From Nostocaceae cyanobacterium (GTDB taxonomy: Bacteria; Cyanobacteriota; Cyanobacteriia; Cyanobacteriales; Nostocaceae): 14,468 bases of DNA. The DNA lies in NCBI GenBank assembly GCA_035299225.1, contig DATGXB010000113.1:1-14468 (forward strand), read 5' to 3'. This document shows, in pieces, positions 1-6,119 of this stretch. The notes beneath the pieces are model-generated. The model made no database searches. It saw only the letters and a program-made list of their open reading frames with translations, and was not told where the DNA came from. The first letter of the stretch is position 1. Every line of letters begins with the position of its first letter. A program made the translations under genes and the position numbers.

Positions 1-112
1 CTTATCCTCTAGAGCTTTGAGTTACCAGCAATAATTAAATCAAAGTCAAGTCTAAACCTGAGTTGCATTTAATTCGATATTTCCTATACTTCTTGCGCTG
101 TAAGCCTTGTAG

Positions 113-224
113 CCTCGTTCTCAAAACTGTCCGAAGTATTGCCAAAAGGAATATGAACTATTTTTTTAAATTAGGTGTTGATGGAGTTTTTAGTAATTTT
201 CCTGATGTAGCTTTTTCAGTTTGA
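113..224 (+). pseudogene. Decayed 3' remnant of a glycerophosphodiester phosphodiesterase (GDPD)-family gene
   Basis: Hand translation. The frame starting at 113 reads PRSQNCPKYCQKEYELFF and hits TAA at 167-169. The frame starting at 168 reads KLGVDGVFSNFPDVAFSV and ends at TGA 222-224. Joined across the T7 run (161-167) this gives EYELFFKLGVDGVFSNFPD, which matches the C-terminal GVDG-[IV]-F-[ST]-[DN]-FPD signature I recall for GDPD enzymes. Further in-frame stops upstream (TAG 110-112, TAA 36-38) show the gene body is not intact. Confidence 0.4.
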
Positions 225-285
225 GTATTTAGTTGAAAATGTTGTAAAATTGTTCATATTACACAACTCACATTAAATCAAAACT

Positions 286-1323
286 ATGAAATATAACCAA
301 TTAGGAACAAGTGATTTAAAAGTTTCTGAGATTTGCTTGGGAACAATGACCTATGGACAACAAAACACAATAGAAGAAGCACATCAACAATTAAATTATG
401 CCATTAGTCAAGGAATTAATTTTATTGACACTGCGGAAATGTACCCAGTTCCACCCCGTGCAGAAACCTACAGTTTAACAGAAACTTATATCGGTGAATG
501 GTTGAAACATCAAAAAAGAGATCAGATAATTATTGCCACTAAAATTGTCGGTAATGGTCGTATGTTTAAATGGGTGAGAACTGGTAACAACTCCGTCAAT
601 AAAGAAAATATTATTCAAGCTGTAGATGATAGTTTGAAAAGACTGCAAACCGACTATATTGATTTATATCAAATTCATTGGCCAGACCGTTACGTTCCCC
701 GGTTTGGTCAAACAATTTTTGACCCATCCCAAATATATGAAACAGTACCAATTGCAGAACAATTATCAGTATTTACTGATTTAATTAAAGCCGGAAAAAT
801 CCGTTATTTAGGTTTAAGTAATGAGACACCGTGGGGGGTGGCAGAATTTAGCCGCATTGCCAAAGAGATGAATTTACCGCAAGTCGTTTCCATTCAAAAT
901 GCTTACAATTTACTCAATAGAGTTTTTGACACAGCATTAGCAGAAGCGGTATATTATACAAACATTGGTTTACTAGCTTATAGTCCGTTAGGATTTGGAT
1001 TTTTAACTGGTAAACACTTAAATAGTAAACAGGAAAATAGCAGAATTAGTTTATTTGCAAGTTTTGGTCAACGTTATTTTAAACCAAATGTCCAAGAAGC
1101 AATAAAAGCTTACATCAATATTGCAAACCAATTTCAAATTAGTCCCGCACAAATGGCCTTAGCATTTGTCAGAAGTCGTTGGTTTGTTGCTAGTACCATT
1201 ATTGGTGCAACCACTTTAGAACAACTCAAAGAAAATATAGACAGTGTAAATGTAGTTTTGAGTAAAGAGATTTTAGCAGAAATAGACGCTATACACGGAT
1301 GTTTTCCTAATCCTGCACCTTAA
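286..1323 (+). CDS. tas: NADP(H)-dependent aldo-keto reductase, Tas-like
   Basis: 345-aa ORF. It appears collinear, from memory, with E. coli Tas along its length: LGTMTYGQQN, INFIDTAEMYPVPPR, LKRLQTDYIDLYQIHWPDR, AGKIRYLGLSNETPWG, LLAYSPLGFGFLTGK, PAQMALAFVRSRWFVASTIIGATT, and a C-terminal PNPAP. Confidence 0.9.
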   Translation: MKYNQLGTSDLKVSEICLGTMTYGQQNTIEEAHQQLNYAISQGINFIDTAEMYPVPPRAETYSLTETYIGEWLKHQKRDQIIIATKIVGNGRMFKWVRTGNNSVNKENIIQAVDDSLKRLQTDYIDLYQIHWPDRYVPRFGQTIFDPSQIYETVPIAEQLSVFTDLIKAGKIRYLGLSNETPWGVAEFSRIAKEMNLPQVVSIQNAYNLLNRVFDTALAEAVYYTNIGLLAYSPLGFGFLTGKHLNSKQENSRISLFASFGQRYFKPNVQEAIKAYINIANQFQISPAQMALAFVRSRWFVASTIIGATTLEQLKENIDSVNVVLSKEILAEIDAIHGCFPNPAP

Positions 1324-1337
1324 TTGTGAGATAAAAT

Positions 1338-1404
1338 TATGTGTAGGGTGGGCATTTTTAGGTGAAATCTGAATTAAAGAGAATTATACTAATAAATGCC
1401 CACC
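1338..1404 (+). repeat. MITE-like hairpin element, copy 1 of 3 (tatgtgtagggtgggcattt ... aaatgcccacc)
   Basis: 11-bp inverted arms ggtgggcattt (1347-1357) and aaatgcccacc (1394-1404) with a 36-nt spacer. The whole ~67 bp aligns by eye to the reverse complements of 5627-5694 and 6219-6286. It covers the GTG at 1362 that opens the long version of the next ORF. Confidence 0.7.
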
Positions 1405-1448
1405 GATTTATATCATTAAAAACACAGCCTTTGTCAAGGATAAAAACT

Positions 1449-2009
1449 ATGCAATCTCCCTTAAATTTCCTCAGTATTGAAGAATACTTAGAAGTAGAAA
1501 AATCTAGTGATATTCGTCATGAATACATAGCCGGACAAGTCTTTGCAATGGCTGGTGCGAGTGAAGAACATAACATAATTGTAGGAAATCTTCTTGCTAT
1601 ATTACGTCCTCATTTACGCGGAAGTTCTTGTCGTGCTTTCGTCTCAGACATGAAAGTAAAAGTTCAGGTAAAAAACGCCGATATCTTTTATTATCCTGAT
1701 ATTTTAGTTACTTGTGATCCTGAAGATAAAGAAAGATATTTTAAAACCCGTCCTAACTTAATTATAGAAGTATTATCTGACTCAACCGCAACCACAGACA
1801 AACGAGAAAAACGCATTAACTACCAAACTTTAGACAGTTTACAAGAATATGTATTAGTGTACCAAAACCAAATCAAAATAGAAATTTATCGTCGAGATGA
1901 TTCGGGAAATTGGTTAATAGAAGTTTTAGGTAAAAATGATAAATTACGGTTAGATTCTGTGGGGTTAAATTTGACAATGGCAGATGTTTACGAAGATGTT
2001 AATCTGTAA
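1449..2009 (+). CDS. Uma2-family (DUF820) putative restriction-endonuclease-like protein
   Basis: Motifs typical of Uma2/DUF820: SIEEYLEVEKSSDIRHEYIAGQVFAMAGASEEHN, YYPDILVTCD, LIIEVLSDSTATTDKREKRINYQ, LQEYVLV. The ORF track starts at GTG 1362, but those 29 extra codons are encoded by the MITE-like repeat. ATG 1449 (MQSPLNFLSIEEY) is the more likely start. Confidence 0.8.
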   Translation: MQSPLNFLSIEEYLEVEKSSDIRHEYIAGQVFAMAGASEEHNIIVGNLLAILRPHLRGSSCRAFVSDMKVKVQVKNADIFYYPDILVTCDPEDKERYFKTRPNLIIEVLSDSTATTDKREKRINYQTLDSLQEYVLVYQNQIKIEIYRRDDSGNWLIEVLGKNDKLRLDSVGLNLTMADVYEDVNL

Positions 2010-2065
2010 TTATATGATAAAAAAATCAGAAATCGCACTTCTGAAACCATCTAATTCAAATAACA

Positions 2066-2536
2066 TCAAATATTCAAATCTTTTAAAGCCAAGCGAATTT
2101 GTTCTAAGCGCCGACGGTTAACACCCAAATCTGACTCACCCACACGAGAAGCCGAACGAATATGAATCACCGACTCATCAGCAGGAAAATAAAATTCCAC
2201 ATCATCAATAAATTTGAAAATGCGACTTTTAGAAAGTGCGTGAATATAATTATCTGTTTTTTCCACCACTTCAGTACGCGGAACAACCGTTAAAACTTTC
2301 AGTACAGTTTGATAAGCTGTATCACGGTCTACATGATAGGGGATAGGTTCAATAGCGTGTTGTGCGTCAGCATTTTGACTAACCGCACAGTTAGGAGAAG
2401 CTGGACAGGGTGCGAGTTGACCATTTTGTAAACCCGTCGCTTCAGCAACCACCGGGAAAATCAAACCAAAGGACAAAATTAAAAATAGCGCTAAAACAAC
2501 CTTCTGTAATTTCTGGTAAAGTTTTACAAGGGACAT
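2066..2536 (-). CDS. DUF1499 domain-containing protein with an N-terminal signal/anchor
   Basis: 156-aa ORF with a hydrophobic N-terminus (VVLALFLILSFGLIFPVVAEA). Other motifs are APCPASPNCAVSQ, FKFIDDVEFYF and IRSASRVGESDLGVNRRRLEQIR, which is the DUF1499 pattern as I recall it. Confidence 0.75.
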   Translation of the reverse strand: MSLVKLYQKLQKVVLALFLILSFGLIFPVVAEATGLQNGQLAPCPASPNCAVSQNADAQHAIEPIPYHVDRDTAYQTVLKVLTVVPRTEVVEKTDNYIHALSKSRIFKFIDDVEFYFPADESVIHIRSASRVGESDLGVNRRRLEQIRLALKDLNI

Positions 2537-2604
2537 ATATTAATCAAGTTATAGGTCATTATACAGATTATCATCCATCCAGGCACAAAACGCAGTTGTT
2601 TTTT

Positions 2605-2635
2605 GTAGGGTGTGTTAGCGACAGCGTAACGCACC
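2605..2635. repeat. Small GTAGGG-type palindromic element (hairpin)
   Basis: The sequence is gtagggtgtgttagcgacagcgtaacgcacc. The arms ggtgtgtta (2609-2617) and taacgcacc (2627-2635) pair over 9 bp with one G-T wobble and a 9-nt loop. It resembles the short dispersed palindromes common in Nostocales intergenic DNA. Confidence 0.5.
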
Positions 2636-2665
2636 AATAAAACTATATTAAATTACCATCCAATC

Positions 2666-2770
2666 CTTCTGCATCCCGGTGCACAAAGAATGTAACCCAA
2701 TACATTAAGAATGCAACCCGATACATTGCTTCTGCATCCCGGTGCACTGCTTCTGTATCCTGATCTAGAA
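2666..2770 (+). repeat. Five phased 21-bp repeat units (A-B-B-A-A') upstream of the small-protein/NB-ARC pair; candidate operator or iteron-like array
   Basis: Units start at 2666, 2687, 2708, 2729 and 2750. A = cttctgcatcccggtgcac is identical at 2666-2684 and 2729-2747, and degenerate at 2750-2765. B = gaatgtaacccaatacatt at 2688-2706 and gaatgcaacccgatacatt at 2709-2727. B contains the inverted half-sites AATGTA-N6-TACATT. A and B share the core TG.A.CCC..T.CA. Confidence 0.6.
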
Positions 2771-2812
2771 GTAATGAAACATCATTCCTCAAAGCTGCGA
2801 AAACACCAACAC

Positions 2813-2842
2813 TTGCTAAACCTTAACCAATAAGGTTAGAAT
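2813..2842 (+). promoter_or_regulatory. Candidate sigma70-type promoter for the 2880 gene (TTGCTA-N18-TAGAAT)
   Basis: ttgcta at 2813-2818 and tagaat at 2837-2842, with an 18-nt spacer, about 38 nt upstream of ATG 2880. This is a pattern match only in AT-rich DNA. Confidence 0.25.
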
Positions 2843-2879
2843 AAACGCTAGTAAAATCACGTTTTTCAACGTTGTTAAT

Positions 2880-3335
2880 ATGGAACCGATAACTCTAGCC
2901 ACAGCCGTAGCAACCCTGATGTTCTCTGAAACCATTAAAGAAACTGGAAAAAACCTTGGACAAGGAATTTCTGAACAAGCAGGACAATTGTTTAATCTGA
3001 TTCGGGAAAGATTTCAACAAGCAGGAACAGAGGGACTTTTAACCAGAACTGAAAAAGACCCCAATGAGAAAAATATCACCAAATTTCAAGACGAGTTAGA
3101 AACCCAATTGCAAGAAGACGAAGATTTTGCTCAACGTGTCCGGGAAATAGTCAAACAGTTAGAACCTGTGGTCAAAAAACGTCAAGTAATGGCTAGTGGA
3201 ATTAAAGTAGACGGAGCATTAGAAGCTGAAAATATGAAACAGAAAGCATCAGAAAGTAGTTCTTCAGAACAGGAAATGTTCACAGACGTAGAAGCAAAAA
3301 GTATTAAACTTGGTAACTTAACTCAAGAAGGCTAA
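2880..3335 (+). CDS. Small helical protein with a hydrophobic N-terminal helix and C-terminal duplicated short motif; candidate Bell/HeLo-like executioner partner of the downstream NB-ARC protein
   Basis: 151-aa ORF. Residues 3-15 (PITLATAVATLMF) are uncharged and hydrophobic. Residues ~17-100 are charged and helix-prone (QDELETQLQEDEDFAQRVREIVKQLE). The tail is QVMASGIKVDGALEAENMKQ, then the linker KASESSSSEQEMFTDVEA, then KSIKLGNLTQEG. The stop at 3333-3335 lies 4 nt before the next ATG. No enzymatic motif was recognised. Confidence 0.55.
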   Translation: MEPITLATAVATLMFSETIKETGKNLGQGISEQAGQLFNLIRERFQQAGTEGLLTRTEKDPNEKNITKFQDELETQLQEDEDFAQRVREIVKQLEPVVKKRQVMASGIKVDGALEAENMKQKASESSSSEQEMFTDVEAKSIKLGNLTQEG

Positions 3336-3339
3336 ACTA

Positions 3340-5208
3340 ATGAACATTCAACCCACTCCCGAACAGATTTTACAAAGCATTCTCAAAAATGTTTCAGTTG
3401 GCGGAAATTTGACCACAGGAGATATTACCCAAATTCTCAATTTATGGGTTGTTATTGAACAACAAGATATTTTTACATCAAAAGAAATTCCCCAAAATAT
3501 CCCCCGCAGTGACATCATTAAATTTGTGGGACGTGCTGAAGTTTTAGTGAACTTGCATAAAAAGCTACAAAATACCTCTGTAATTGCTGTTCAGGGAATG
3601 GGAGGACTAGGAAAAACTGAGTTAGCAACACAGTATGCACTCATTCACCTATTACTCAAAACCTATCCAGGGGGAATTTGTTGGTTACGCGCTGGAAAAG
3701 AAAATATAAATATAGGGACTCAGATTTTACAATTTGCTACAACTAAATTAGGACTTAAGCTGCCAGACAATTTGGACGCAGTTAAACAAGTTGATTACTG
3801 TTGGTCAAATTGGCGACGAGATGGGGATGTGTTAATAGTTTTGGATGATGTTACAGACTATCAAAGTGTAAAACCTTATTTACCGCCAGCATCACTAAAG
3901 TTTAAATTACTAATTACTTCTAGACTACAGTTAGATTCACCACAGTCTATTTCTTTAAATTTTTTGGATGAGTCACCAGCATTGGAACTGTTACAAACTT
4001 GGGTAGGGGAAAAGGTCACGCAAGAATTAGAAACAGCAAAAGAACTTTGTGAGTTTTTAGGTTATTTACCTTTAGCTTTAAACTTAGTAGGCAGGTACAT
4101 TAAAAAGCGTAATATTTCTTTAGCGAAAATGTTGCGGAGATTAGAGAAAGAAAAGATTACTCATCAAGCCCTAGCCAGAAATGAAAAAGACCCTACTTGG
4201 ACATTAAATGTAAATTCAGGTGTAATTGCAGCTTTTGAATTAAGTTGGTCAGAATTAAGTGATGATGCTAAAGAATTAGCAGTTTTACTCAGTTTATTTG
4301 CTTTAGCACCTATTCCTTGGTCATTAGTTGAAAAGGTAAAAACGGTCAGAGATGTAGAACAGTTGGAAGATAGCCGAATAGAATTAGAAAATTTACACCT
4401 GCTGCAAAGTAAAGAAAATTATGAATTACATCCATTAATTCGCCAATTTTTTCAACTTAAGCAGAATGAAATAAACGAAACGGAAGAATTAAAACGCGCC
4501 TTTTGCCAAACAATGGTAGAAGTTGCAAAGAAAATTCCTGACACAATCACTCTACAACAAGTTACTGATATTTCTCCTCAACTACCACACATAGCAGAAG
4601 TAGCAAACAATCTCATTGAATATGTCAGCGATAATGATTTAATCTGGCCTTTCTGGGGTAATGTTACATTTTACAAAGATCAGGGGTTATATGCTCAAGC
4701 TTTACCTTGGTGTCAGCAATGTCTAGAGACCACTAAACAAAGCTTGGGAGAAGAACATCCCGACTTTGCCACTAGCCTGAACAATTTGGCGTTCCTCTAC
4801 AACTCACAAGGCAGATACAGTGAAGCAGAACCCCTGTATCGGCAAGCATTGGAACTGAGGCGACGGGTGCTGGGAGAAGAACATCCCGACTTTGCCACTA
4901 GCCTGAACAATTTGGCGTTACTCTACTCCTCACAAGGCAGATACAGTGAAGCAGAACCCCTGTATCGGCAAGCATTGGAACTCTGGCGACGGGTGCTGGG
5001 AGAAGAACATCCCGACTTTGCCACTAGCCTGAACAATTTGGCGGGACTCTACGACTCACAAGGCAGATACAGTGAAGCAGAACCCCTGTATCGGCAAGCA
5101 TTGGAGATTTGCGAAAAAAGTTTAGGGGTAAATCATCCGCACACGGTTACTGTTAGTGAAAATTTGCAAATCTGCCAACAAGCTTTAGATAAATTATCAA
5201 ATCAATAA
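3340..5208 (+). CDS. NB-ARC (AP-ATPase/STAND) NTPase with C-terminal TPR repeats; bacterial NLR-like protein
   Basis: 622-aa ORF. NB-ARC motifs are FVGR (aa 62-65), Walker A GMGGLGKT (aa 86-93, nt 3595-3618), Walker B VLIVLDD (164-170), LLITSR (190-195) and the GLPL-type motif GYLPLAL (241-247). The C-terminus has three near-identical 42-aa TPR units (LGEEHPDFATSLNNLAxLYxSQGRYSEAEPLYRQALEL). Only ~55 aa precede the NTPase, so there is no effector domain. GAAGG (3327-3331) lies 8 nt upstream of the ATG. Confidence 0.9.
   Translation: MNIQPTPEQILQSILKNVSVGGNLTTGDITQILNLWVVIEQQDIFTSKEIPQNIPRSDIIKFVGRAEVLVNLHKKLQNTSVIAVQGMGGLGKTELATQYALIHLLLKTYPGGICWLRAGKENINIGTQILQFATTKLGLKLPDNLDAVKQVDYCWSNWRRDGDVLIVLDDVTDYQSVKPYLPPASLKFKLLITSRLQLDSPQSISLNFLDESPALELLQTWVGEKVTQELETAKELCEFLGYLPLALNLVGRYIKKRNISLAKMLRRLEKEKITHQALARNEKDPTWTLNVNSGVIAAFELSWSELSDDAKELAVLLSLFALAPIPWSLVEKVKTVRDVEQLEDSRIELENLHLLQSKENYELHPLIRQFFQLKQNEINETEELKRAFCQTMVEVAKKIPDTITLQQVTDISPQLPHIAEVANNLIEYVSDNDLIWPFWGNVTFYKDQGLYAQALPWCQQCLETTKQSLGEEHPDFATSLNNLAFLYNSQGRYSEAEPLYRQALELRRRVLGEEHPDFATSLNNLALLYSSQGRYSEAEPLYRQALELWRRVLGEEHPDFATSLNNLAGLYDSQGRYSEAEPLYRQALEICEKSLGVNHPHTVTVSENLQICQQALDKLSNQ
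4746..5105 (+). repeat. Tandem 126-bp repeat (2.9 copies) encoding 42-aa TPR units inside the NB-ARC gene
   Basis: Units start at 4746, 4872 and 4998. The DNA is identical except at codons 4792-4794/4918-4920/5044-5046 (ttc/tta/gga), codons 4801-4803/4927-4929/5053-5055 (aac/tcc/gac), and ctg agg versus ctc tgg near the ends of units 1 and 2. Confidence 0.95.
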
Positions 5209-5313
5209 AATCTGATAACTAAAATTTGCTGTTAGTTTTGTGGTAGGTGAGACTAGGAAGAGATAAGGGAAAAATGAGGAAGAAAAAAACACATTTTTAT
5301 GATTAATTTGTAG

Positions 5314-5334
5314 GGACATGGCATTGCCGTGTCC
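5314..5334. terminator. Palindromic hairpin between convergent genes (candidate bidirectional terminator; GTAGGGACA-type dispersed palindrome)
   Basis: ggacatggc-att-gccgtgtcc forms a 9-bp stem with one G-T wobble and a 3-nt loop. It is preceded by gtag. It abuts the DUF433 stop (5337-5339) and sits about 105 nt after the NB-ARC stop. There is no clean U-tract on the + strand. On the - strand a T7 run follows about 25 nt later. Confidence 0.35.
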
Positions 5335-5336
5335 TC

Positions 5337-5546
5337 TTAAAATCCGATTAATTTACCCAACCCATACTGTAAAGATTGACGAATATCCTCCGCTTCTAAA
5401 TCAGGATATTCTGCTAAAATCTCCTCTACAGGCTTACCATTAGCCACCAAATTAACCACCAAAGAAACCGGAATCCTCATTCCGCGAATGCAAGGCTGTC
5501 CAGCCATAATGCGGGGGTTAAATGTAATTCTGTCTAGACCTACCAT
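5337..5546 (-). CDS. DUF433 domain-containing protein (antitoxin-like), without a visible partner gene
   Basis: 69-aa ORF with RITFNPRIMAGQPCIRGMRIPVSLVVNLVANGKPVEEILAEYPDLEAEDIRQSLQY, the DUF433 pattern as I recall it. The usual downstream DUF5615/PIN-like partner is absent, and only a palindromic element follows. Confidence 0.75.
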   Translation of the reverse strand: MVGLDRITFNPRIMAGQPCIRGMRIPVSLVVNLVANGKPVEEILAEYPDLEAEDIRQSLQYGLGKLIGF

Positions 5547-5626
5547 AAAATTATTTTTAGTTGTTTTCTTTAGTTTGCCATAAATTTCTGAAAGTATACT
5601 ATTTCTGTTTAATGTTTAAAATATAA

Positions 5627-5694
5627 GGTAGGCATTTATCAATATAATTCTCTATGATGAGGGATTTACCCTAAAAATGCCCACTCTACATATA
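5627..5694 (-). repeat. MITE-like hairpin element, copy 2 of 3
   Basis: The arms are ggtaggcattt (5627-5637) and aaatgcccact (5675-5685) with a 37-nt spacer. The reverse complement (tatatgtagagtgggcatttttagggtaaatccc...agagaattatattgataaatgcctacc) aligns with 1338-1404. Confidence 0.65.
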
Positions 5695-5829
5695 CTTAGT
5701 AATGCTGACGCAACAGCCCGCGCAATACAAGCAGTTGTTACTTCTGGGGGAAGTCTACAACAAAATCCGCGTCGTGGTGCCATTAAGGACAATTACAGTA
5801 TAATATAAATAGCTTTACTCCTAATTTAT

Positions 5830-6114
5830 ATGACATTAACAGAAATTTTACCCTCACTGCAAAAATTATCTCATCAAGAAAAAATTCAAGCCATTCAATT
5901 TTTAGCCTCAGAATTAGCTCAAGAAGCGCAAAATTTAGCAACAGAATCACTTGAGTATGGTGAGATAGATACAGAATTAAATTTTCAGCTTCTTAGTGAA
6001 AAAGACATGATTGAACAAAGCAAATCTGCTTTAGAAGCTTACCTCAGTGCAGGTTCAGGAGTCAAACATGAGCAAATCCAGAAATGGGCAAATAGTTTAA
6101 TAATTCAACAATAA
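5830..6114 (+). CDS. Putative type II antitoxin (addiction-module-component-like)
   Basis: 94-aa acidic ORF with an N-terminal LPSLQKLSHQEKIQAIQFLASEL helix pattern, as seen in small addiction-module antitoxins. A ParE/RelE-type toxin N-terminus follows 5 nt later. The family assignment rests on context and pattern only. Confidence 0.5.
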   Translation: MTLTEILPSLQKLSHQEKIQAIQFLASELAQEAQNLATESLEYGEIDTELNFQLLSEKDMIEQSKSALEAYLSAGSGVKHEQIQKWANSLIIQQ

Positions 6115-6119
6115 TACTA

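Noticed and set aside
1362-1448. GTG-initiated N-terminal extension of the Uma2 ORF
   Set aside because: These codons are supplied by the MITE-like repeat (1338-1404). The Uma2-family homology begins after ATG 1449.
2410-2640. 76-aa ORF on the + strand
   Set aside because: It overlaps the 5' part of the DUF1499 gene in antisense and runs into the palindromic element. It has no recognisable motif.
3340-3504. NTPase N-terminus as a helical effector-associated or death-like adaptor domain
   Set aside because: It is only ~55 residues and rich in beta-prone V/I/T/G/N residues (VSVGGNLTTGDITQILNLWVVI). That is too short and has the wrong composition for a ~100-aa helical adaptor. A short templating motif fits better.
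2666-5105. Possibility that the 21-bp array (2666-2770) or the 126-bp repeats (4746-5105) are CRISPR arrays
   Set aside because: The 21-bp units are contiguous with no spacers. The 126-bp units are in-frame coding repeats of a TPR domain. No cas genes are present.
5695-5829. Relatively GC-rich patch whose + frame reads NADATARAIQAVVTSGGSLQQNPRRGAIKDNYSII; possible gene fragment. A TATAAT box at 5799-5804 lies upstream of the antitoxin gene.
   Set aside because: I could not match the peptide to any family in any frame. The TATAAT lacks a convincing -35 element. It is too weak to report as a feature.
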